Source: Mustelus asterias
Taxonomy: Eukaryota
NCBI RefSeq assembly: GCF_964213995.1
Contig: NC_135818.1
Location: 69,316,001-69,380,000, forward strand
Direction of reading: 5' to 3'
Length of the DNA stretch: 64,000 nt
Positions 49,731 to 61,000 of this stretch are shown here, in pieces. The stretch's first letter is position 1, and each line of letters starts with the position of its first letter. The translations under genes and the position numbers were made by a program. The notes beneath the pieces are model-generated. The model did not search any database and was not told the DNA's origin. It saw nothing but the letters and a program-made list of their open reading frames with translations.

Positions 49731-50269
49731 GTAAGTTTCTGTGGCAGTGGCCAATAGACCTTTTAATTCACGATCATTTTCAATGTGCTTCTTAATGGTA
49801 GTGTAGGAACTGTTGTGTGAAACCTATCAGCAGGAGCTAAGAGCCATGAGTGATTCTAGCATTTTAAAACATGTACATGTTCCCAGCTCGGGAACAGGCT
49901 GTTCGGCCCTCCAAGCCCGTGCTGCTCATGATGCCCCAACTAAACTAAAGAGAAAACCTTCTGCCCTTACTTGGTTTGTATCCCTCTATTCCTTCCCTAT
50001 TCATGTGCCCATCCAGATGCCTCTTAAATGTTGCTAATGTGCCTGCTTCCACCACCTCCTCGGGGCAGCGCGTTCCAGGCACCCACCACTCTCTGCCTGA
50101 AAAACGTCCCCCGCGCATCTCCCTTAAACTTTCCCCTTCTCATCCTGAACCTGTGCCCCCTTGTAATTGATACTTCCACCCTGGGAAAAAGCCTCTTGAC
50201 TATCCACCCTGTCTATGCCTCTTATAATGTTTGTATGTTGTGCTTCTCAGCCTTGACTTTGGACACAGA

Positions 50270-51982
50270 TTGCATGATCAGTCTTCACAGTAGAAGACAT
50301 GAGTAATATCCCAACAATTCAGGAAAGTCAGGGGGCAGAGTTGAATATGGTTGCCATCACAAAGGAGAAAGTGCTAGAGAAACTAAAAGGTCTGAAAATT
50401 GATAAATCTCCGGGCCCAGATGGGCTACATCCTAGAGTTCTAAAGGAGATAGCTGAAGAAATAGTGGAGGCGTTAGTTATGATCTTTCAAAAGTCACTGG
50501 AGTCAGGGAAAGTCCCAGAGGATTGGAAAATCGCTGTTGTAACCCCACTGTTCAAGAAGGGAACAAGAAAAAAGATGGAAAATTATAGGCCAATTAGCCT
50601 AACCTCAGTTGTTGGCAAAATTCTAGAATCCATCGTTAAGGATGAGATTTCTAAATTCTTGGAAGTGCAGGGTCGGATTAAGACAAGTCAGCATGGATTT
50701 AGTAAGGGGAGGTCGTGCCTGACAAACCTGTTAGAGTTCTTTGAAGAGATAACAAATAGGTTAGACCAAGGAGAGCCAATGGATGTTATCTATCTTGACT
50801 TCCAAAAGGCCTTTGACAAGGTGCCTCACGGGAGACTGCTGAGTAAAATAAGGGCCCATGGTATTCGAGGCAAGGTACTAACATGGATTGACGATTGGCT
50901 GTCAGACAGAAGGCAGAGAGTTGGGATAAAAGGTTCTTTCTCAGAATGGCAACCGGTGACAAGTGGTGTCCCGCAGGGTTCAGTGTTGGGGCCACAGCTG
51001 TTCTCTTTATATATTAACGATCTAGATGACGGGACTGGGAGCATTCTGGCCAAGTTTGCCGATGATACAAAGATAGGTGGAGGGGCAGGTAGTATTGAGG
51101 AGGTGGGGAGGCTGCAGAAAGATTTAGACAGTTTAGGAGAGTGGTCCAAGAAGTGGCTGATGAAATTCAACGTGGGCAAGTGCGAGGTCGTACACTTTGG
51201 AAAAAAGAATAGAGGCATGGACTATTTTCTAAACGGTGACAAAATTCATAATGCTAAAGTGCAAAGGGACTTGGGAGTCCTAGTCCAGGATTCTCTAAAG
51301 GTAAACTTGCAGGTTGAGTCCGTAATTAGGAAAGCAAATGTAATGTTGTCATTTATCTCAAGAGGCTTGGAATACAAAAGCAGGGATGTACTTCTGAGGC
51401 TTTATAAAGCACTGGTTAGGCCCCATTTGGAGTACTGTGAGCAATTTTGGGCCCCACACCTCAGGAAGGACATACTGGCACTGGAGCGGGTCCAGCGGAG
51501 ATTCACACGGATGATCCCAGGAATGGTAGGCCTGACATACGATGAACGTCTGAGGATCGTGGGATTATATTCATTGGAGTTTAGGAGGTTGAGGGGAGAT
51601 CTGATAGAAACTTACAAGATAATGAACGGCTTAGATAGGATGGACGTAGGGAAGTTGTTTCCATTAACAGGGGAGACTAGGACGCGGGGGCACAGCCTTA
51701 GAATAAAAGGGAGTCACTTTAGAACAGAGATGAGGAGAAATTTCTTCAGCCAGAGAGTGGTGGGTCTGTGGAATTCATTGCCACAGAGGGCTGTGGAGGC
51801 CGAGACGTTGAGCGTCTTCAAGACAGAAATTGATAAATTCTTGATTTCTCGAGGAATTAAGGGCTATGGGGAGAGAGCGGGTAAATGGAGTTGAAATCAA
51901 CCATGATTGAATGGTGGAGTGGACTCGATGGGCCGAATGGCCTTACTTCCGCTCCTATGTCTTATGGTCTTATGGTCTTATG
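50270..51982 (+). mobile_element. Young 5'-truncated CR1 LINE; open 531-aa ORF2 reverse-transcriptase fragment (50299-51894)
   Basis: [38 protein letters not shown] and FADD motifs with no stops; 3' tail (TCTTATGG)n. Confidence 0.95.
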
Positions 51983-52764
51983 ATCCATATACCCAATTTG
52001 CGTCCTCTTTCTCAGTATTTTGTTGAAGTATTCTTATTCTATTGTGTGGGGTTCATGTTTCAAAACACATCACACTCATCCTTTTAGTAATTGAGTTCAC
52101 CAGCAAGAGGACTCTGTCTCCAACATCCTATGGTCTCTGTACCCTTTGTAAGGGCTCCAATTCTAGAAGGTAGAAATTAAAATTGTACACAGTGAGTCAG
52201 TAATTTTAAAACGGGAGCAATCATTGAGAACAATTATTTTTTTTCAACAAGCATTAGTTAAGAGGCCAAATTCCAGTGACGCTCTTGTCAGCTTTCTATG
52301 ACACAGCGCATTTGCAAATTAGTTTTACTTAATTAACGATGATGGTAAAATAGTCCTCTGATCAGAATGCTTGTAGAATAAATTTTAAGAAATCCAAAAT
52401 TGCACCGCCATAATTCAGTACGGCGGGTGAGAGGGTTGGGGAAGGTACCTGCTCGATGAACTTGGCCTTGAAATGACCCTCTGGCATTAAGCTGAACATA
52501 GGAAACAAGCAGGCTGAAAGGCGAGCTGGTATATCAAACCTGCCTCGCATCTTTATAACGGCTGGAGTATCATGACTCAGCACTTTATCCACCTCTTTCC
52601 TTCACAGCCAGGGAGGCAAATTCCAGAAGGGGAAAAACCCTGGCTCGTGAAGGAATTGGGTGGGGAGGAGGAAAGAATTCCTCTATAATCTCCTTGTACA
52701 AGGGCAAAATGAATGGCAGCACTACTGCTACTATTGTGTGCAACAGCAGGAATAAAAGGAAGGC

Positions 52765-53100
52765 CATGGCCTAGTGGTATTATCACTAGACTATGAATCC
52801 AGAAACTCGGCTAATGGTTTGGAGACCCGGGTTCGAATCCCATCATGGCAGATGGTGGATTTTGAATTCAATAAAATAAAATCTGGAATTAAGAATCTAC
52901 TGATAACCACGAAACCATTGTTGATTGTCGGAAAAACCCATCTGGTTCACTAATGTCCTTTAGGGAAGGAAATCTGCCGTCCTTAGCTGGTCTGGCCGAC
53001 ATGTGACTCCAGAGCCGCAGCAATGTGGTTGACAACTAGGGATGGGCAATAAATGCTGGCCAGCCAGTGACACCCATGTCCCATGAATGAATAAAGGTTT
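52765..53100 (+). mobile_element. Third tRNA-derived SINE family (copies ~41515-41875 -, 55745-56090 -, 42565-42760 -, 16340-16590 -)
   Basis: A/B boxes (tggcctagtggt / gggttcgaatccc); core cccatctggttcactaatgtcctttagggaaggaaatctgcc; tail matches the LINE tail at 11900-11955. Confidence 0.8.
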
Positions 53101-53675
53101 TTTTTCTTTGCGCAAAGTGGCATGTCTCGGAAACAAAGAAGACTCTCGATCAGTGTGGGACTGGGAGAGGGTAATAGGGACAAAGGTAAAGAAGGAACGC
53201 AAGAGATGGAGAGGGAAAAGAATGGGAAATGAGGACAACCAGCATGTTGAGGGAGGAGGATCGGAGAGAAACCGGGTAGAGACATGTCATTAAATGTTTG
53301 TGGGAGGGAGAGGGGGGGCTTTAGTAACATTGTCTAGAATAGTAACATTGCATTTTGGACCTGTACACATTCCAGGTCACACACTGTATTTACAATGTGC
53401 TGTTGTGGTGAAGGAATTGGTGATTCATCAATATTTTTCTATTGTTCTTTCCCAGTTGCATTTTCTGGAAGCTTTTACTTTAGAATTCTGCATCATTTCA
53501 TGCTCTCATCTGTGTCTTTGCTCTCATTATCACAGCGAGGGTGATCATTGTCAAATGTTGTTCAGTATATCAATAATTTGGGGTTTAATTGTAATGGAGC
53601 GACGCAGTTTCATGCTTGCAGTTAATAATCGGAAAATGTTTTCTGCTGACTTCCTGTGGCTTTGTTGTTTTTCAG

Positions 53676-53771
53676 GAAAAGGAGAAAGCAAATGAGGGCA
53701 ATAAATATAATGACAATTTCTTTGGATTGTACTGTGTCTGCAAGAGGCCTTATCCAGATCCCGAGGATGAG
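53676..53771 (+). CDS. UBR7: UBR7 exon 4 (EKEKANEGNKYNDNFFGLYCVCKRPYPDPEDE), start of PHD finger
   Basis: tttcag| acceptor, GTAAGC donor, 96 nt. Confidence 0.96.
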
Positions 53772-53867
53772 GTAAGCTATTCGGAAGCTGGTCTTAAAAG
53801 TGCTGCACGTTTGAGTTATAAGGCATGGCCACTGCCTCACTGAGCCTGTGTGTCCTTATTTCTCCAG

Positions 53868-53921
53868 ACGCCTGATGAAATGATTCAATGTGTCGTATGT
53901 GAAGACTGGTTCCATGGAAGG
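53868..53921 (+). CDS. UBR7: UBR7 exon 5 (TPDEMIQCVVCEDWFHGR)
   Basis: ctccag| acceptor, GTAAGA donor, 54 nt; follows a 96-nt intron. Confidence 0.96.
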
Positions 53922-54063
53922 GTAAGACAACTGTTCATGTGTACATAGTTTTTATTTAAGTTTGACGGTCTTTTGTTTTGGAACCATTTGAGGTGTGGAG
54001 AACAGAAACAGAGAATGCCGGAAAACCTCAGCAGGTCTGACAGCATCTGTGCGGAGAGAATAG

Positions 54064-54102
54064 AGCCAACGTTTCGAGTCTGGATGACCCTTCGTCAGAG
54101 TT
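54064..54102 (-). ncRNA. Minimal hammerhead ribozyme (PLE family 2)
   Basis: aact CTGACGA a gggtc-atcca-gactc GAAA cg TT ggct; palindromic ACGT stem III. Confidence 0.7.
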
Positions 54103-54458
54103 GTGAGCAAAGAGAATCAGCAGAGATTTATACTGTTGGGATGGGGGGAGAGGGGGGTGTGGAATGGGGCAAAGGGAATGTAAATGAGGATACAGAAGGC
54201 TGAGAAGGTGCTAAAAGTGTCCATTAGGTGATCAGAATGGCAGAATCTGTACCTCTGTTCTGCCATTCACACATTCTGATCACTTAATGGACACTTTTAG
54301 CACCTTCTCAGCCTTCTGTATCCTCATTTACATTCCCCTTGCCCCATTCCACACCCCCCTCTCCCCCCATCCCAACAGTATAAATCTCTGCTGGTTCTCT
54401 TTGCTTTCAACTCTGATGAAGGGTCATCCAGACTCGCAACGTTGGCTCTATTTTCTCC

Positions 54459-54786
54459 TCGCTTCTCGGCCTTTTGGCTAAGATCAAGTGTGGTCTGGTG
54501 ATGCTGCACTTGGTCATGGCCATTGGGTTGCTTTTAAGCTTCATTTTCACATGAAGCAATTTTTTAAAGCGGCATCTCGGCCTTTTGGCTAAGATGCAAA
54601 TGAGATCAAGCCTTGGGGGACGGAGACGTCTGCCTACTCCAATCAGCTTGGCTCATGTAGATCAGGCCCAGGACAGGGTAAAGGGTTGCATGCCCTGTCT
54701 TGTCAGCCTGGATCGGAAATGTCTCAACTTGTTGAGACTCTGAATTGGACTTGATTTGATTGAATTGGAAAAGTACAAAAAAAACA
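54459..54786 (+). mobile_element. U2 snRNA-headed retroposon (SINEU-like) with poly(A) tail and TSD
   Basis: 54459-54491 equals U2 nt 2-34 (TCGCTTCTCGGCCTTTTGGCTAAGATCAAGTGT). A second U2-derived segment lies at 54572-54610, A8 at 54777-54784, and the direct repeat TTGGCTCTATTTTCTCCTC at 54442-54460 and 54787-54805. Confidence 0.85.
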
Positions 54787-57385
54787 TTGGCTCTATTTTC
54801 TCCTCTCAGATGCTGTCAGACCTGCTGAGATTTTTGAGTACTTTCTGTTTTTGTTTCATATTCCAGCATCCGCAGTATTTTGCTTTCATCATGAGGTTAT
54901 AGAATGTAGTTCGTTGCTTATCAGTCCAATAGCAATCTCTCTTTCTCTCTCTCTCTCACATACACACACACACACACACACAACGCCCCCCCCTCCACCC
55001 CCCGTGGCCTTATATTGTCTGCCTCAACTATTTATCCACTTTTTCCCTTTAAAAATCGGTGACTTGATGGGCTGAATGACCTCTTCTGCGCTGTAGGGAT
55101 TCTATGAAAATATTTATCAGTCCTTGTCTCATCTACTCCATATTCCATCAGCTCTTCATGGAGAAAGTAAAATGGATTGTTGTTACCTGGTTGTTGGAAA
55201 ATAAGAATGATTTTAGATCACTTTTTAAAATGATTGCTGTTCGGTTTTTGTTATCTGAGCTTGAGGGGAGAGAAAGGAGAGTAATCCGTCTAGTTTAAAG
55301 TGTGCAATGGATGGATGTGATTTTTCTTTGTTATCCAAACTCCTGGAAATGTTGTAGTTAATCTGGTGTCAAACCCATTTGGTATTTGAGTGATTATTTA
55401 GGGTGTGAGATTGTAGCCATAGCTGTGACTGACCTATTGGCTATACTGTTTTACACGGAGGATGGTGGGTGTCTGGAACCATGTCTCCATAGATTAATTC
55501 CAGCTTGTTTACTCCAAATTGCAGTAGTCTGTGTTCTGGCTGTCCTTCTGATAGTCTTTACCCACACCCTCACAGCTACTAAGAACATTGCACCTATTGG
55601 GTGAATCCGTTTCTGCAGTCTTTGTTTGTCATCTCAACCGGATTCTCCTCGCTCTGGAACTATCGGTCTGATCAATGTCTGTAGCAAACCTGGCCAGATA
55701 CTGCTCCCCAACCCTAATAGCTTAGCATGTTTCAACACACACTCTAGTTCAATGACCGTGAACCTGTGGGTGTCATTGGCAAGGCTCGCATTATTTTTGC
55801 ACATCCTTAATTGCCCTTGAACGGGATGGTTTGCCATTTCAGGAGGCAGTTAAGGGTCCGTCACATGTAGGCCGGACCAGATAAGGACAGCATATTTCCT
55901 TCCCTAAGGTTTATTAATGAGGATAGTTTCATAGTCTCAGTAATGGTGGCCATGTTTTAATTGCAGATTTTGTTTTAATTGAATTTAAATTCCACTAAGT
56001 GCTACGGTGGGATTTGAACCCGTGTGCCCCAGAGCATTCTCCTGGACCTCTAAATTACTGATGCAATGACAATACCACCACGTCACTGTCTCCCCACATA
56101 CTGCAGGCCAGCCTCAGTGTTCACAAACTCATTCTGCAGTCCAGACACACAACCTGTTCTGCTGTTCAGACTGGATTATTCACATCTACTGCTTGGTTTG
56201 TATGTTTGCTTTTGTGCTTCTTTTGCACAGATGCCGTCAGACCCTGAGCTTCTCCGGCATTTTCTGTTTTTTGGCCCATCTTTTACATCCTGTTTATGAT
56301 TTACTCTGTTTACGCTCACTCTTTGCATCAGCAGATACACATATACCTGTGTACACCCAGTTACAGAGACACACAAGTTGCAGTTTCCTGCTCACAGTAA
56401 TTGGCACCTGTTTTAGGTGATCATTAATGACAATCTGATTCTGTTCACTAGTTTGCAGTTCCTTTTACCGTTTATTTTTTAAATTCCAAGCTAAATGTAA
56501 AATGCACACCCACTATTTAATCTTTCTTCATTTTTCTTCCCCCACTCTTTTTCCCCCTACTTATCCCTCTTCCCTTCCCTTTTTCTCCCCCTTTGCTTCT
56601 CCTTTTCTAAACCCTACCTCTGTCCCATCCATTTTCCTTCCCCTCCACTCCCTCCCCCAACATCTTCATTTCAGCTTCTCTGCCGTTTGGCCATTCGCAC
56701 CTTTTATTCTCTCTGGGGACAGCCATTAGCAGCCTTTTCCCCTGGTTTCTGTGGCTATGACTCATCTTTCATTCCCTCACCCTGCAGTATAAATATCTCC
56801 CATTTTCTGTGCCTTTCAGCTTTGACGAAGGGTTAGCTGGACTTGAAACGTCAGCTCTTTTCTCTCCTTACAGATGCTGCCAGACCTGCTGAGATTTTCC
56901 AGTATTTTCTCTTTTCGTTTCAGATTCCAGCATCCGCAGTAATTTGCTTTTATTCATGTATTCATCTAGATGTCCCTTAAGTACCTGCTCCCACCACCTC
57001 CCCAAGCAGTGCGTTCCAGACATTCGCCACCCTTTTTAAAAAAAAACTTGCCTCGCACATCTAAGCTTTTCCCCACGCACCTTAAACTTATGCCCCGTAG
57101 TACTTGCCAACTTATGCACTCTGTTTATAATGCATTCTATTTGCATCTGCAGTTTACAGCCAGTTAAATACTTGGAGCATTGTCAGTGTTGTAAAGAAAT
57201 AACGAGCTGCCACATACAGCAATGTAATGGAGACCAAATCACCTTTTGTTTTAATGATGTTGATTTGAGGGATAAATACAGCTCAGCCACTGAGGATTAC
57301 CCCCTGCCCTTGTTCAGAATAAAGCTCTGGGATAGTTTTCATTCATCTGAGGTAGTTTAATGGTTCCTCTGCACTGCACAGGAAT

Positions 57386-57933
57386 GATGTGGAGATGCCG
57401 GCGTTGGACTGGGGTAAACACAGTAAGAAGTCTCACAACACCAGGCTATAAAGTCCAACAGGTTTATTTGGTAGCAAAAGCCACTAGCTTTCGGAGCGCT
57501 GCTCCTTCGTCAGGTCAGCGGGAGTTCACGACACACGACAACACAGAGTCGCTGAGCAGAGACTGATAGCCGAGTTCCGCACACGTGAGGACAGCCTCAA
57601 CCGGGATCTTGGGTTCATGTCACACTATCTGTAACCCCCACAACTTGCCTGGGCTTGCAAAATCTCACTAACTGTCCAGACTGGAGACAATACACATCTC
57701 TTTAACCTGTGCTTAACCCACTCTCCACTCACATTGTCTGTACCTTTAAGACTTGATTACCTGTAAAGACTCTTCCAACCATTATTTTGTAAATTGAGTT
57801 TGTGTCTTTATACGCCCTGTTTGTGAACAGAACTCCCGCTTATCTGACGAAGGAGCAGCGCTCCGAAAGCTAGTGGCTTTTGCTACCAAATAAACCTGTT
57901 GGACTTCAACCTGGTGTTGTGAGACTTCTTATT
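57386..57933. mobile_element. PLE family 1 palindromic insertion, inside a DeuSINE
   Basis: Inverted arms; 12-bp TSD CTGCACAGGAAT at 57374-57385 and 57934-57945. Confidence 0.85.
57841..57875 (+). ncRNA. Minimal hammerhead ribozyme (PLE family 1), sense to UBR7 pre-mRNA
   Basis: tat CTGACGA a ggagc-agc-gctcc GAAA gc TA gtg; stem I relies on G-U pairs. Confidence 0.65.
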
Positions 57934-58049
57934 CTGCACAGGAATAGCAACTCAGAATTTTGTATTGCAGCTACTGGGGTGGGACTTTGAACCCATAACC
58001 TTCTGACTCAGCAAGAATATTAGCAACCAAGCCCTTACTCGCAATAGAA

Positions 58050-61000
58050 ATTGCAGATGGTCGAAGAATCTGGGCAAGCAGTCTAACAGCACAGCAGCAG
58101 GGAGGTAGCAATTGGGTATCATTGGCCATTGAGATGCCATTTGGTTCCAGTGCAGGTTCAGTGTTACGACTAAAAATGTGAGAGAGTGATGTTAAAAAAC
58201 AAATGTCACCCAAAATGAAACCAGTTTAGGACTTGACCAGTACTTGTGAATTAGAGGGGATGGTGCAGTGCGGCATTTGTCACCAGTTGGATCAAATTGT
58301 GGATAAATCTTAAGATATTTTAACTTTGGATAAGTGGATACAATATATATCATAATCCCTAGAATGCAGAAGGAGGCCATTTAGCCCATTGAGCCTGCAC
58401 CGACCACAACCCCACCCAGGCCCTATTCCCATAACCCCACATATTTACCCTGCTAATTCCCTGACACTAGGGCTAATTTAGCATGGCCAGTCAACCTAAC
58501 CCACACATCTTTTGGACTGTGGGAGGGAACTGGAGCAGCCGGAGGAAATCCACACAGACATGGGGAGAACATGCAAACTCCACACAAACAATGACCCAGG
58601 TCCCTGGCACTGAGGCAGCTGTGCTAACGACTGTGCTATCGTGCACAGATTTTAAGTTGTAGCAACCCATGTCTTGCACATACAGATGAAGAATGTACAT
58701 GACACCATAAGATAAAGAAACAGAATTAGGCCATTCAGCCTATCGAGTCTGTTCCGCCATGCAATTATGGCTGAGAGAGAGAATAGACTTCCAGTTATCT
58801 TCTGAAAAGTCTGAATCAAAATCTTGCTCCCAAAGAGTTTTTGAGGTAGAAAGCGAAGAGCAGTGTAGTGAAAAGATTAGAGAATGATTAAATCCCTACC
58901 ATTCTATCATTGAATAAAATGATAGAATTCTATTCAATGAATAGAATTGAATGCAGAGGGAGGCAATTTGGCCCATCGAGTCTGCATCGACCACAATCCC
59001 ACCCAGGCCCTATCCCCATAACCCAATGCATTTACCCTTGCTAGTCCCCCCGACACTAAGGGGCAATTTAGCATGCCCAATCCACCTAACCCGCACATCT
59101 TTGGAGAACTTAATGTGGAAATGGACTCCCTAACTAAAGGATTTATTTCTAATAGAAGATCTATCTGTGATTAATGGGCACCAATGGAAATGGAGCGTTT
59201 TCCCCCCCCCCCTCAAAATCTCTGATTTGTAAGTCGTGAGGGACGTGTGTGCGGGCTGATCGTATTCCCAAGAGAGTGAAAAGAAGCAAAAAAATATTAT
59301 CCGTATACAAGTTAGCAAGAGTTTTGGTATCTTGTGTGCAGAATCTCCTAATAAAGGTAGAAATAATTGACAATGGGGTTTGAAGACAAGTAACTGGTTG
59401 AGAAAGGAATGGAGCAGGCAGTGAGGTGGATTGATGGGAGGCTGCTTCCAATTGCACCCACTCTAAACTAGCCAAATCTAAATGAAGCCAAATAAATTAT
59501 CAGACATTGGCAGACCACTAATAAAACTGAAAATTTGACAGGCAGTGCTAAGCCACCTAAATGCTGGGGGCTTTGTAGAAAAACTTTCTGGGTATTTTCT
59601 TATTCCAAATAAAAGAAGTGATTAATGCACTTGCCTTTTCAAAAAAAAAAGCTTGGGCAGTGCACTGAAATAAGTATTTAGAGAAATTATACAACCAACT
59701 AAAGAGCGGTAAATTAGACCAATGTGCTAAGTCCTACTTCATATGTTCCAGCAAAGGGTCAACGTTGAGCTTAAAGGTTTCCAAGGGGTTGATTAATTAA
59801 AATTCCTAAAATATTTAGAACTGTTTACGGAGACCTTGAAAAGGAAAGGATAAAGAGATCACTTTTGGCAAGGAATAGAAGAAAAATTCACACTTTTTTG
59901 TAAATTAATTTTAAAACCTGAAATATGACAAATTGCTCCAGAATAGAGACTCGCAGCCTCGTTCGACCCGAGACTGGAAAATTCCACCCGAGGTCAATGG
60001 ACATTTCCATTGTCTGCTCCAATTCCGTGGCGGGCGTTAGAATTCTGGCCAATATGTGAGAGAATAAGGCCAGGTCAGAGGTGTAAATAAGCAGGTCATC
60101 AGGGTATATGGAGAGTTTCTATTCAACTCCACCATGTAGAACAAAGAACAGTACAGCATAGGAAAAGGCCCTTCAGCCCACCAAGCCTGCGCCGATCAAG
60201 TTGTCCTATCTAGACCAACTGCCTGTTCATGTGCCTATCCAGATAAGTCTTAAATGTCGCTAACGTGTCTGCCTCAACCACCTCACTTAGCAGTGCCTTC
60301 CAGGTGCCCACCACCCTCTGTGTTTAAAAAAAAAACTTCCCCAGCACATCTCCACTGTACCTTTTTCCCCCCCCCCTTAACTTGAACTTGTGCCCCCTTC
60401 TCGTTCCTGCCCTGGGAGAAGGCTTCCAACTGTTCCCCTTATCTATGCCCCTCATAATTTTATAAACTCCTATCAGGTCCCCCCCTCAGCCTCCGTCTTT
60501 CCAGGGAGAACAATCCCAGTTTACACGATCTCTGCTCATAGCTCCTACCCTCTGTACCAGGCAACATCCTGGTAAACCTTTTCTGTACTCCCTCCAAAGC
60601 CTTCACGTCCTTCTGGTAGTGTGGTGACCAGAATTGGACACAGTATTCCAAATGTGGCCTAACCAGCGTTTTATATAACTAACATAATTTGCCAACTTTT
60701 ATACTAGATGCCCTGGCTGATGAAGGCAAGCATGCCATATGTTTGCTTCACCACCTTTTACACCTCTGGTGCTTCTTTTAAGGATCTGTGGACCAGTACT
60801 CTCAGATGCTCTTGATAGTTTTGTCATTAATTTTATAACTCCTACCTGAATTGGACCTACCAAAATGCATCACCTTGCATTTGTCCAGATTAAATTCCAT
60901 CTGTCATTTCTCCACCCAATTTTCCAGCCTATCTATATCCTGTATAACAACCTGTATATCTTCACATATTTATAGTGATATTTCTAGGGGCTCAATAGTA

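Larger units (their letters stand above)
54000..54890. mobile_element. PLE family 2 long inverted-repeat insertion (host of the U2-headed element)
   Basis: 54000-54240 is the reverse complement of 54270-54460 plus 54787-54860. Related termini occur at ~3325-3450, 14730-14870, 43815-43970 and 56520-56955. Confidence 0.8.

Noticed and set aside
54459-54491. Functional U2 snRNA gene
   Set aside because: Only the first ~34 nt match; there is no Sm site or 3' stem-loops, and the element has poly(A) and a TSD.
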